The notes beneath the pieces were generated by a model. The model was not told the DNA's origin. It did not search any database and saw nothing but the letters and a program-made list of their open reading frames with translations. Both the position numbers and the translations under genes were made by a program. DNA of 64,000 nt from IMG/VR virus record IMGVR_UViG_3300025000_000055; one strand, 5' to 3'. Shown here in pieces: positions 29,101 through 38,704 of this stretch. The stretch is from a virus (lineage: Duplodnaviria > Caudoviricetes). How positions within the stretch are numbered: position 1 is the stretch's first letter; every line of letters starts with the position of its first letter.

Positions 29101-30012
29101 AATAATAAAATATATGTTGGACAAACAAGAGACATTTTAAACCGTCTACGCCAATATAGATATGAAAGTAAAAAATTAACTAAACGTAATATTAATAGGG
29201 ATATTGGTATTGCTCTTTATGAAAAAGGAGAAAAGAATTTTGAATGTGTTATATTGGAGAAATGTAATTCATTGGTTGATTTAAATATGAAAGAGATTAA
29301 ATGGATAGAAAAACTTGACTCAAAAAATGTAGAAAAAGGATATAATATGGGTATTGGTGGAGAAGCGTATGAAAATAAAAGAGGGATTAAATTAACATGG
29401 GAAGAAAGATTAAAAAAATCAATACCAATAGTTGTATATGAAGATGGGCAATTTAAATATTATGAGGGTTCTAAACTCTTTGCTTCAATTATAGGAGTTG
29501 ACAGAACACATATAACAAGAGCAATAAAAAAGGAATTAAAGTTAAAAAGTATCTTATTTTTTATTATGAGAAAGATCTCTGTTACAACACTATTACTGAA
29601 ATTGAAAGAAATTTATATAATAGAAAAAAGATTTTAAAAGAAAAAGTTAAATACATTGAATTGGGGAAAGATTTAATTCATAGGAATGTAGAGATCATTC
29701 GAAATTTTAATATTTATATTAAATATTAAAATAGTAGAAGTACTAGCCAGTTTGAGGGCTGGTTGGGAAGCGCAGAACTCCTTTATATTTCTTATTCTTT
29801 ATAAAGGATGAAGAGATGATCCGTGCCATATGAAAATATGGATTATCATGCAAGTATCATTAAAGGTATTATTTTCACAAGAAGCTAATCTTGAGGCAGA
29901 AAGAATTATGAAATCAAAGGGTCATATTCTTAATATCTATGGACAAAATATGAGAAAGACAACAAATGAAGGTGCTCATACTTTATTTATGTTAACAAAG
30001 TTTAATAAATAA
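26099..30012 (+). CDS. rpoC: RNA polymerase beta-prime N-terminal half with catalytic DYDGD; spliced, exons 26099-26814, 28039-28735, 29851-30012 (524 aa)
   Basis: DGLLSTDIFG; joins restore LLGKSIDFGVRSV|ISAP and GGDYDGD|QVSLK; exon total 1575 nt is in frame. Confidence 0.9.
26815..28038 (+). mobile_element. group I intron (IA-like) with HNH homing endonuclease
   Basis: P1 GTGT|A pairs with TGCAC (U.G at the splice site); cores AATCCGCAGC, TTCAACGACTA, GAAGATATAGTCT; terminal G at 28038. Confidence 0.9.
27021..27905 (+). CDS. intron-encoded HNH homing endonuclease (NUMOD4-HNH plus tandem HTH repeats)
   Basis: YSISSYGNIKN, HRLVGIAFIPNP, VNHKDGVKSNN, NLEW; true start probably TTG 27030. Confidence 0.9.
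   Translation: MIRLFFINIITEKEQWKKIYIKNKITKYSISSYGNIKNEETNYILHPAKDSDGYLIVSLYLNSKRYIRKMHRLVGIAFIPNPENKPTVNHKDGVKSNNYVYNLEWATYSEQMVHAFELGLVEGGKGEKNSMCKYSEKIIHNICELLENGYNRSKISKKLEVPKDLIQRIVLGRSWTYISSLYNIDPKKSKTPYSKGQEHYHASCNEEMIHSVCKLLEEGKLSIKEISKKLNISKYIIKHILYNNTWKQISSQYNVDNFKKYRHNTTTNKEKSSTTIENNMFIINIKIGKHRVSR
28736..29850 (+). mobile_element. group I intron with GIY-YIG endonuclease, inserted right after the DYDGD codons
   Basis: P1 GCGAT| pairs with GTCGC; P7 variant GATCA/TGATC; terminal G at 29850. Confidence 0.85.
29014..29637 (+). CDS. intron-encoded GIY-YIG homing endonuclease (C-terminus frameshifted or -1 recoded)
   Basis: GVIYMI..IYVGQT..RLRQY, E..WI, GYN; A_AAA_AAG at 29526. Confidence 0.85.
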   Translation: MSNLFKISEEESKECKKYFGVIYMIIDKTNNKIYVGQTRDILNRLRQYRYESKKLTKRNINRDIGIALYEKGEKNFECVILEKCNSLVDLNMKEIKWIEKLDSKNVEKGYNMGIGGEAYENKRGIKLTWEERLKKSIPIVVYEDGQFKYYEGSKLFASIIGVDRTHITRAIKKELKLKSILFFIMRKISVTTLLLKLKEIYIIEKRF

Positions 30013-30015
30013 ATA

Positions 30016-30054
30016 TAAGATATAGATAGAAACTAATATTCTATCTATATCTTA
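30016..30054 (+). terminator. terminator after the beta-prime N gene
   Basis: TAAGATATAGATAGAA / TTCTATCTATATCTTA. Confidence 0.7.
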
Positions 30055-30760
30055 TTTATATATTATACCTATGGGGTAGATAATAAGAGTAAAAAATAAC
30101 TAAAGAAAAAATTGAACACATAATTAATAAAAAAAATAAAGAATATTGATGAAGATTGGATGAAATAACTGTTTTAAATGATTTTATTATTAAATTTAAT
30201 AATAAACCATATATACCAGCATATATGAAAATAATAAATCACTGTATTTACACCGGCAAACATTTCTCATATAGACGTAATGGAAGAGTTAAAATGTTTT
30301 AGATAAATATTAAAATTTATGTGATTTATTCACATATTTTTTTTCGTATAATTAACAATAATAGATATATATTATTTTAGTAATAATAAATAAAAAAAAT
30401 ATATTTTTAAGGGGGATTTATAATGATATATTGTTATGGTATTGGGTAAAATTAATAAGACTACCGAAGTATTATCTAGTGAAGATAAAATCTAAGAATC
30501 TTTTACTAACTGTTATATTAATAAAGTTTATTAAAAAAATAAAGGTGTAATAATTCGCCTTTATTTTTTGTATGAACCTTAATCGCTATTATACCTTTTA
30601 AAGACCCGTTTCCTAATAATAAAAAGAAATGGGGTGATCAGAAAATTGATATTATAAGATTTACAAACATAAATCATATTTATCAACGATACCGATAATA
30701 TTTTTTAAACCAAATAATTTATATCTTCTATCAGTAAAATAACATATAGAAGGGAGGGAT

Positions 30761-30888
30761 GCCTATATACACATAAAGATGTATATGGGATAACCTCTAA
30801 TTATTTGCGAGTTTAAAAAATATTATTTTTATATAGCTTTATTTAAAATTCGCCCATAAATTCCCCATAGACACATGTGTATGTAGGC
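30761..30888 (+). ncRNA. candidate structured non-coding RNA (rod with internal bubble)
   Basis: Three nested helices with G.U wobbles favouring the + strand, inside a ~1.07 kb stretch without a convincing ORF. Confidence 0.35.
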
Positions 30889-31093
30889 AATCTATGATGG
30901 ATGGGGACACTATCGGTTTAGAATACGATGAAGACTAGTTGCTGCCTATTTGTTACAATATATTTAGATAGTGTGAAAATATCTACTATTTTATAATTAA
31001 ATATGTTACTGTTTAAATAGTGATAAAATGGTGAATTTACTTTCATAAAATAAAAATAAAGCTCTGTGTAATAATCCACAGAGCTTTATTTTT

Positions 31094-31462
31094 TTATTTT
31101 TTTTCAATAACATCCGGTATGATTTTCTTCTTTACAGACATAGTTGTAAATTCTTCAACCACACTGTCAACTACAATTGGTTCTTGTTTAGGAATTTCAA
31201 CAGGAATAGGTTCGGGTATAGTATTTACGGGTTCTTGATAAAGAATAATCTCTTCTTTATTATTTTCTTTATCAAAATTAATAGCCGTTAACTTTAATTC
31301 AGTACCATCTTTAAGTACCTCAACAACTTTAAGCCCCTGTGTAATCATAGAAAAAATAATATTAGTCTTTTCGGTATATGGTGTTAAAATTGGACCATAC
31401 ACACCACCTTTTGCTGCAATAGGTGTTATACTGAGAATTTTAATAATTTTAGTTTGCACCAT
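31094..31462 (-). CDS. hypothetical late protein, Pro/Glu-rich tail
   Basis: GGGGG RBS; terminator hairpin at 31052-31100. Confidence 0.7.
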   Translation of the reverse strand: MVQTKIIKILSITPIAAKGGVYGPILTPYTEKTNIIFSMITQGLKVVEVLKDGTELKLTAINFDKENNKEEIILYQEPVNTIPEPIPVEIPKQEPIVVDSVVEEFTTMSVKKKIIPDVIEKK

Positions 31463-31476
31463 TTTAATAACCCCCC

Positions 31477-31728
31477 TTAATAATTAGTTTCCGGAATAAA
31501 ACTTTCTTTAATATGTTTTAATTTCTCTTCCATGTCTTTTTCTTCATCAAACTCTGGAATATCCTCGGCAAGTTTCTTAATTTCAATATCCTCGTCATCA
31601 ATTAATATACCAGTATCATCTAAAATTGCATCACGAATATCATCGTTATCCCCATTTGTACTCATGGCTTCAAATACAAATGTTTCTTGTTCACTTTTAC
31701 GAATAGTCTTTTTTAGACCAGATAACAT
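31477..31728 (-). CDS. small acidic protein, possible head/scaffold component
   Basis: Late promoter at 31753; VFEA and IKES sites. Confidence 0.6.
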   Translation of the reverse strand: MLSGLKKTIRKSEQETFVFEAMSTNGDNDDIRDAILDDTGILIDDEDIEIKKLAEDIPEFDEEKDMEEKLKHIKESFIPETNY

Positions 31729-31774
31729 AATATATCAAACCTCCAATCTTTTTATTAAATTGTTTAGATGAAAA

Positions 31775-32965
31775 TTAGTTATTAGAAACAAATTTATTAT
31801 AATAATATCGAAGAATAAATAATAATATAGGAATTTTAATATATGAATTAAATGTATATTCTATAAATTCATATTCTTCTAATTGTTCTAAATTTATATT
31901 ATATACAGAATTAATATGTTTATTAAAATAATCCACCATTAAATTTTCAATAATAAATTCATCATTTAATTTAATATCTGTTAATATAGCAGATAACACA
32001 ATATCCTCTATATATTCGATACCCTCATTACTAAATGCTATAGAATTAACATTATCTAAATAATAAAAAAATATAGAATCATAATTTTGAATAATTGTAT
32101 TACTATATTTAATACTTGTAGGTAAATTCTTTTTATTTTTCTCTAAAAATCTATAAACCGATTTCTCATATTCTACTATAAAAGTTGGACTATCATCCTC
32201 ATTAACTAAACAAATTGTATTATAATTATATTTTTCATTAAATAAAATATTGTTATTAATAAAATAATTTAAATACTTATCATAAAATTTACTACCAAGT
32301 TCATTATTATACATAAAACAATTATATTTTTTATTAAAAAAAAATATTTTATATTTATCAGCTATATATCTATAGATTTCATTTAATTTAAGTATCTTAT
32401 AGTAATCATCTTCTCGAATTAAACATTTTTCTTGTGTACCAATATTTCTTAATATACAATTATATATTTCATTTATCTGATTTTCTAAATCATTAATCAA
32501 TTCACCATATGCGGCTTTTAATGTAAAAGAAATTTTATAATAATTATTACTTTTTATTGTATCATATTTAACATCTGTTACCATGAATAAATAGTTCTTA
32601 TCTAGATATGATATAGTAAAGAAATCATTCGGTAAAGGTTTAAGTGTATTAGGTAAGATAATAAGTTCACTATCAAAATTAGTTGTTAAACCCTCTTCTT
32701 CTTCACTTAATTCTAACATTATAGATTCTAAACCATATACAGGAAAATCATTTATCTTTTTAAACTTTAACGGAGAATTTTCTCCTAATAAATCTTCAAT
32801 ATTTTCAAATCCACTATCTGTAATACTATTAATATTATCAATATTATAATATGTAACAAATGTTGGATTTTTATCTAAAAATCTAGAATATTGTGAATTC
32901 ATTCTTTCTTCGTATTTAAAAATATTCTCATTAATAAAAGTTTTATCATCTATTAAATAACCCAA
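31775..32965 (-). CDS. putative virion neck/head-tail structural protein
   Basis: Start reassigned to TTG 32965 (GGAG RBS, late promoter at 32993-33004); 396 aa. Confidence 0.55.
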   Translation of the reverse strand: MGYLIDDKTFINENIFKYEERMNSQYSRFLDKNPTFVTYYNIDNINSITDSGFENIEDLLGENSPLKFKKINDFPVYGLESIMLELSEEEEGLTTNFDSELIILPNTLKPLPNDFFTISYLDKNYLFMVTDVKYDTIKSNNYYKISFTLKAAYGELINDLENQINEIYNCILRNIGTQEKCLIREDDYYKILKLNEIYRYIADKYKIFFFNKKYNCFMYNNELGSKFYDKYLNYFINNNILFNEKYNYNTICLVNEDDSPTFIVEYEKSVYRFLEKNKKNLPTSIKYSNTIIQNYDSIFFYYLDNVNSIAFSNEGIEYIEDIVLSAILTDIKLNDEFIIENLMVDYFNKHINSVYNINLEQLEEYEFIEYTFNSYIKIPILLFILRYYYNKFVSNN

Positions 32966-33069
32966 AATTAAATCATCTCCATTCATTCTAATTATTATAA
33001 TGTTAAAATGTCTTGGAACATAGAAAAAAAATAAACCCATATAAAGATTTATGGGTTTATTTTTATTTT

Positions 33070-33332
33070 TTACATATTCATAGCTTTTAGCCAACAATGG
33101 GCTGACACAAAGGCATCATCAACAGGGTGATGAACTCGCATATTTTTAAGACCAGAAAATTTAATTCTATTAGTATCTGGTTTAATACCTTTACTCATAA
33201 GAAGTGTTTCAACTTCATGTAAAGGATATGGTCCAAGGAATTTACGTGATCCTACCTCATCTTCAATGCATTTCCTAAAGAATCCTGATTCAACAGGACT
33301 ACCATAGTCTGAAATACAAATACCTGAGTCAT
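33070..33332 (-). pseudogene. internally deleted DEDDh 3'-5' exonuclease remnant
   Basis: GGAGTG RBS + MTQVFVF, then out-of-frame SDYGSPVESGF..GPYPLHEV..HHPVDDA; terminator follows. Confidence 0.5.
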
Positions 33333-33349
33333 AAATAAATCACTCCAAA

Positions 33350-33634
33350 TTATTTTTTATAGGATTTTTGAATTCTTATTTTAAATGTTTCAAGCTGATT
33401 TTCAATATTCCTTTTCCTGCACTCTAACAACTTAACTTCGTCCATAGGGTCCCTCAGTATCCAATTAGGTGGACCCCAAATAAATCTTTCTTCTATATGA
33501 CACTTTCTTAATTCATCAGGAGTGAACCATGAACCCTCACGTTCCAAATAAAACCATAACCTTTTTTCATCAGCCTCTTTAAACATAGGCTCTAATGATT
33601 CTAAAATAGCATTAGTATTTGTTGAATTAAACAT
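33350..33634 (-). CDS. hypothetical early protein, paralog of 33681-33914
   Basis: Shared WFTP and W.LR motifs; early promoter at 33670. Confidence 0.7.
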   Translation of the reverse strand: MFNSTNTNAILESLEPMFKEADEKRLWFYLEREGSWFTPDELRKCHIEERFIWGPPNWILRDPMDEVKLLECRKRNIENQLETFKIRIQKSYKK

Positions 33635-33680
33635 TTTATCACCCCTAAAATTTATTATCCATTACTTTAATAATATATAT

Positions 33681-33914
33681 TTAATTTTTTACATAATTTT
33701 CAATTTCATTTATCTTTAATTGTATTATTTCTTTTTTTTCATATAAAGAGTTAAGAATATCGTTATGACCACGTAACTCCCATTTTGTTTTACACATAAT
33801 ATATTCAATATTGTTATAATAATCTATTATTCCATTGGGTGTGAACCAAATTTTAAAAAATTCATCATAAAGTAATAACTTTTCATTCCTAGCTTTATTA
33901 ATTAAAGATTCCAA
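33681..33914 (-). CDS. hypothetical protein (WFTP family)
   Basis: KARNEKLLLY..IWFTP..KWELR. Confidence 0.6.
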   Translation of the reverse strand: MESLINKARNEKLLLYDEFFKIWFTPNGIIDYYNNIEYIMCKTKWELRGHNDILNSLYEKKEIIQLKINEIENYVKN

Positions 33915-33931
33915 TGTTTTAAGATAATTAA

Positions 33932-34237
33932 TTATTTCATTTTTACTAGAAATAGAAAAAGTTCCATTCCTAGATAAATATTTGTATAATCAAACACCCC
34001 CTCATTAACTAGTTTATTCAAATAATTCAACTGAATAAGTTCTATATCTAAAGGTTTAAAATTTAAAAAATTAACATCTACGCTACCGTATTTATAAATA
34101 CGGTAGTTATATTCCATTTTACAAGCAGCTCTATAAATTCTAATTAGTTTAGTTATATCAATATTCTTTTGACATAATTCAAAATACCAGTCCATTAATA
34201 ATATTGCCTTATCATTATAAAAAGAATTAAAAAGCAT
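33932..34237 (-). CDS. hypothetical protein
   Basis: ATG 34237 after GGGGG RBS. Confidence 0.55.
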   Translation of the reverse strand: MLFNSFYNDKAILLMDWYFELCQKNIDITKLIRIYRAACKMEYNYRIYKYGSVDVNFLNFKPLDIELIQLNYLNKLVNEGVFDYTNIYLGMELFLFLVKMK

Positions 34238-34262
34238 GTATAAAAGACCCCCCATTATTTTT

Positions 34263-34839
34263 TTATAGATTATATTTCTTAATTTTATTCCAAATAAATA
34301 CAAAATGTTCTAAAGCGAATTTATCAGCATATAATTCACTAACATCGAAATTATGTGCTATACGTATAGGTTCATATTTATCAAGTTCTGATAATTTAAA
34401 CATAATACATACAGTATTCTTAATTATATTATCAAAATAAAAACTAGTTAATATCTTGATTATATTTATATAATTCATTTAATTGAGCAATATGCCTATA
34501 TTCATGTAATAGCAACATGAGAAAATTCGTTTCTGAATTTAATTCTAATCCAGCAGTATATTTTAAAAAATTACCAAATCTTTCATTAGTTGATTTATAG
34601 AATTCAGGATATTCTTTATAAAAGCTTTCACATTCTTCATGTCTAATATTTATTTCAGCAATAAATCTTTTTTTGTTTTTGTCTGAATAATTTTCGTTTA
34701 ATTCAACAAAAGCAAATTGGTCTAAAAGGTCTTCTGGTACGGAATTATATTCAGATTTAATTAATTGAATCTTAACTCTACCGTATTTGAATTTAAATTC
34801 TTTTTTACAAACTTGAATACAATTTTTATAGAACGACAT
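34263..34839 (-). pseudogene. HExxH metallopeptidase-like gene split by a frameshift near 34445
   Basis: LLLHEYRH in ORF 34444-34839; the partner motif ELYADKFA lies in overlapping ORF 34263-34478. Confidence 0.55.
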
Positions 34840-34842
34840 ATA

Positions 34843-35073
34843 CTATTCAACCACCTTTGTAGTATCTTTTAGTATAAAAAATAGCACCCGTCCTGTGGAA
34901 TATTCAGCATAATATATTTCATTTACTTGTTCTGTAGAGTTGTTATTAATTGTATATTTAACACCATGATTACTACAACTTAGTATATTTACAGATATAT
35001 ACTCATCTTTTTTACTAAAATTTTCATTATAAAATATTTCTTTACGACACAATACGGCTTCAACTAAATCCAT
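34843..35073 (-). CDS. hypothetical protein
   Basis: 76 aa ORF in the operon. Confidence 0.5.
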   Translation of the reverse strand: MDLVEAVLCRKEIFYNENFSKKDEYISVNILSCSNHGVKYTINNNSTEQVNEIYYAEYSTGRVLFFILKDTTKVVE

Positions 35074-35113
35074 AAATCCAATTAATGGAATATATTTTTT
35101 TGTTGTATTTATC

Positions 35114-36166
35114 TTAAACTCCCCCTTTTATATACTTTAAAACATCCTTAGTCCTTTTAATCAAATTAATTTCATTCTTTTTAACACCATAATCCTTTCC
35201 CAAACTATTATAATATAGCTTTATCTTATTAACAAAAGGATTTAATTCTTCAAATAGATTTTTATAAAACCATGGTTTTTTATCTTTATCTGAAAATATA
35301 TTAATATCAACATTCCCTATTATACCCGATTGAATATAGAATTTTAATACATTAGTAAATCCACACCCGCATACTGCTGTATAAATTGTATTTTCTTTTT
35401 CTTTATCAAATATATTATAGTACAGACCTAAAATATCAAATACCCCTTCCGCTATATTGATAGTAATAGTTTTAGGTAATAATAAATCAATACTATTAGG
35501 AATTGAATAAAATTTTCTAGTATTATCTAAATTTTTATATATACTATACTTAAAATATCTTTTATACTTTCCACTTATATCTCTAAATACAATATGTTCG
35601 TTTTTAGCTGATAAAAATCCTACATAATTATTATGTAGAATACTAGCTTGTTCCTTATTAGTTGTTAAAGTTTTTATATTATTATGTCTAAGAAACTCTC
35701 CAAAATTAAATACTACTTTTAATTCAATTAATTCTTCTTCAGTTATATTAATACCAAGTCTATTTTCAATATAGTATTTCTTTTCTTTTATTAATTCTTT
35801 TAGTAATGACATTGGTATTTTAAAATCAAAGATATTATTTTTTATACCCAATTTTTTATTAATTTTTCCTATGGTTTCTTTATTATAAGATAATAACTTA
35901 CTATTAATTTGTAAATCATTAATTCTAAATGTTCTTAGTATGGATGGAGTCATAACTCCTGATATATCACATAAAAAACAATGAAAAATAATTGGTGTAT
36001 TTAATTTCAATTCAATTTTTATAAAGAAGTGAGCACTTGTGCTATTCTTTACACTATCACCACAAAAAGGACAACGAATCACTATCTGTGATTCGTTGAC
36101 ACTTTTAGATGAATGCACACTAAGTAATTTATTTCTTATTCTTAGTTTAAAAGAATAGTTATCCAT
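35114..36166 (-). CDS. DNA primase (T4 gp61/DnaG-like)
   Basis: Zn ribbon CPFCGDS..CFLCD; TOPRIM IAEGVFD and SDKD. Confidence 0.85.
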   Translation of the reverse strand: MDNYSFKLRIRNKLLSVHSSKSVNESQIVIRCPFCGDSVKNSTSAHFFIKIELKLNTPIIFHCFLCDISGVMTPSILRTFRINDLQINSKLLSYNKETIGKINKKLGIKNNIFDFKIPMSLLKELIKEKKYYIENRLGINITEEELIELKVVFNFGEFLRHNNIKTLTTNKEQASILHNNYVGFLSAKNEHIVFRDISGKYKRYFKYSIYKNLDNTRKFYSIPNSIDLLLPKTITINIAEGVFDILGLYYNIFDKEKENTIYTAVCGCGFTNVLKFYIQSGIIGNVDINIFSDKDKKPWFYKNLFEELNPFVNKIKLYYNSLGKDYGVKKNEINLIKRTKDVLKYIKGGV

Positions 36167-36180
36167 AATATCAAAACCTC

Positions 36181-37728
36181 TTATAATTGATTTAAGAAAC
36201 TTAAGAATTCATCAGATACAATATCTTGATTGATTTCAAGTTTTTCTCCAAGTTTATCAAGATGATCATAATCGACAATTGTAAATGTTGAATTTAAAAT
36301 AGTTGATAATAAATTTAGAATTAAATTTGATCTCTTAACTTCTTGAAGTGTGGAATATTTATCTTGTATTAATGATTGGTATAATGGGGTTTCTTCTAAT
36401 TTATTTAAAAATTTTGTGTTTTGAATAGTACGAGTATTTAGTCGTCCCTCAATATTTCCACTTATAATCTGAGGAAGATACAAACCACCCTGAATTTGTA
36501 ACCTTCTTTTTAATAATATAACAAGAGTTATATATTGCTTTCTTGTTAATAAATTTAAATCTCTGTAACCACCAAAATGTTTGGCATAAAAATAATGAAC
36601 TAATTGTACTTGAAACTTATTTACTTTATGAAATTTTTTATAAAAAGTAATTTCATCTTTAGTTACATCAACACCAATATTTTTCTTGATGTTTTTAATT
36701 GTACGTTTAATATTTACCTCAGATAATATTATCAATGATTCATCTATTTTATTAGAATTCATTTCAAACTTATCTAAACCACTTAATCCATCCTCACCAC
36801 TTTTATCTGCACTTAATTCAACTAAATTAACCTTATAATTTTTTTTAATAACAAAATATAATTGTTTTTCTAGTATAAAAGAATTGAAATTAACAATATT
36901 TTTATTAAAGACATATTTAAACATAGTTTCGGTTATAATATTCTTCTTCAATAAACTATTGAGATATATTAATGGATCAACACCAAATATTTCTTGTTGT
37001 TCCCACATTGGTTTATTACTAGATAAATTTTTGTTTATTTTAGCGGATACAGTTACCATTAGCTTATTATAAATATTAATACCTTTACCATATAAATCAA
37101 ATAAACCTTTATAAAAGTTATAAATATAGTCAACTTCTTTCTTAACATTATTTACATTAATATATTGAAATACTACTGGAATCATTATCTTAATAGACAT
37201 TGAAATCATCATCATTATTTTAGCATGTTCATTCGTTATCTCTAATGATTCACTATATTTCTTCTTATCACTACTTGTTAAATCTATATAGTAATTATCT
37301 TCAACCATTTTAGTAATTTTTTCTTTCATTGTTTCTGTGAATAATACACCATATAAAAACTTAATAAAGGTTTTAGGTTTCTTAATAGGGCTACTTTTAT
37401 TATCAATGAAATACTTAAGTTTAAAATATGACATTAATAATTCATTATTAATGTCATAAAATTTAATAAAATAATTCAGATAATGAATTATACCTTTTTC
37501 ATTTATAATTATACCATTTTCATTTTTTTTATTGGTATTATTAAGTTGATTCACATATGACTCTTTTTTAATAATAAAAACATTTAATGTACTTGTACTT
37601 TCCTTTTTAAAAATTTTATCAAATGGGATTATTATTAATTTCCCATCACATTTAATAATTTTATCTTCTTCTTCGGGCTCCCATTCATCCACTCTTATGA
37701 AATTTGTATCGGTAACACAATCCACCAT
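36181..37728 (-). CDS. putative sigma-like promoter-specificity subunit of non-virion RNAP (AR9 gp226-like)
   Basis: 515 aa helical protein two genes from the chaperonin, as for AR9 gp226/gp228; early promoter at 37796. Synteny-based inference. Confidence 0.55.
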   Translation of the reverse strand: MVDCVTDTNFIRVDEWEPEEEDKIIKCDGKLIIIPFDKIFKKESTSTLNVFIIKKESYVNQLNNTNKKNENGIIINEKGIIHYLNYFIKFYDINNELLMSYFKLKYFIDNKSSPIKKPKTFIKFLYGVLFTETMKEKITKMVEDNYYIDLTSSDKKKYSESLEITNEHAKIMMMISMSIKIMIPVVFQYINVNNVKKEVDYIYNFYKGLFDLYGKGINIYNKLMVTVSAKINKNLSSNKPMWEQQEIFGVDPLIYLNSLLKKNIITETMFKYVFNKNIVNFNSFILEKQLYFVIKKNYKVNLVELSADKSGEDGLSGLDKFEMNSNKIDESLIILSEVNIKRTIKNIKKNIGVDVTKDEITFYKKFHKVNKFQVQLVHYFYAKHFGGYRDLNLLTRKQYITLVILLKRRLQIQGGLYLPQIISGNIEGRLNTRTIQNTKFLNKLEETPLYQSLIQDKYSTLQEVKRSNLILNLLSTILNSTFTIVDYDHLDKLGEKLEINQDIVSDEFLSFLNQL

Positions 37729-37839
37729 TATTAATATCCCACCCCCTATGACAATCTACTCCACCATGGTATGTAAAATTTTTATCTATATAGTTATAAT
37801 ATATACTTCATTTTATTTCTAACTTAGTTGGATGAGATA

Positions 37840-38616
37840 CTATATTTTCGGTTTTTGAATATTTGACTTTTTAGCTTTAATTTTAGATTTAGGTTGTACT
37901 TTATTAATAATAGATTTTTTTACACCTGAAATTTTTTCAACTACTTTATTCTTAATTCTACTTTCATTTTTCTTCTTTTCTAATATATTCTTCTTACGTC
38001 TAATTTCATTATTAGAATTTTTGATATCAATTTTTATTTGTTCCATACTTCTAACAGATTTAAAAAAATCAGTTTTATTTATTTTCTTAGAATGAGAATT
38101 AAGAAATGATTTTGATAAATATTTACTTCTATTTAATAATATATGAAAACCAATAAAATATATTGATTTTTCGAAACTTATAATCTCTCCCGGATTTCTA
38201 ACTATAGGATTCCCTTCAATAATTTCATCACTGAATTTCTTATTAAGAAAATCTATTAATAAACCATATTGATTAAAAGCATATGCATAGGTAAAAGTAA
38301 AATTAGGAGAATTTGAAAAGAATTTAACATAGTAATGTTCTAAAGTAACATCTCTACTAAAATCTTCTTCATCCATAGTAAATAATATAACAACATCATA
38401 TGTATTATCTCTTTCTGTTTCACTTGGTAAAATAAAGTGAAGAATATAGTCATCACCATCTCTATAAATATTAGGTTCAGATATTTTCTTCTTTTTTATT
38501 AAAGTATAGTAACGTTTATTAAGATCATCTCTAATAAGTTGTCTATTTGTAATTGCTGTACTACCTTTACCCATAGGATTATCAATAAAATCTTTTAATG
38601 TTTGAAGTATAAACAA
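37840..38616 (-). CDS. hypothetical protein with basic C-terminal tail
   Basis: 258 aa with AAGGGG RBS. Confidence 0.7.
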   Translation of the reverse strand: MFILQTLKDFIDNPMGKGSTAITNRQLIRDDLNKRYYTLIKKKKISEPNIYRDGDDYILHFILPSETERDNTYDVVILFTMDEEDFSRDVTLEHYYVKFFSNSPNFTFTYAYAFNQYGLLIDFLNKKFSDEIIEGNPIVRNPGEIISFEKSIYFIGFHILLNRSKYLSKSFLNSHSKKINKTDFFKSVRSMEQIKIDIKNSNNEIRRKKNILEKKKNESRIKNKVVEKISGVKKSIINKVQPKSKIKAKKSNIQKPKI

Positions 38617-38704
38617 AGGCGATACCCCCTTATTAGTAATAATTTCTAAAAATCATATCTAGGAATGGTTGTTAATAACAACCATTCCATAATAATTATA
38701 AATT

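Noticed and set aside
28079-30012. ORFs 28079-28795, 28716-28907 and 29830-30012 as independent genes
   Set aside because: They are exons or intron read-through of the spliced beta-prime N gene
30013-31090. CRISPR array or tRNA cluster in the large intergenic gap
   Set aside because: No regularly spaced repeats and no cloverleaf or T-loop signatures found by eye
32966-33097. N-terminal 44 codons of the 440-aa ORF
   Set aside because: They overlap a terminator, a late promoter and the pseudogene end; RBS-supported start is TTG 32965
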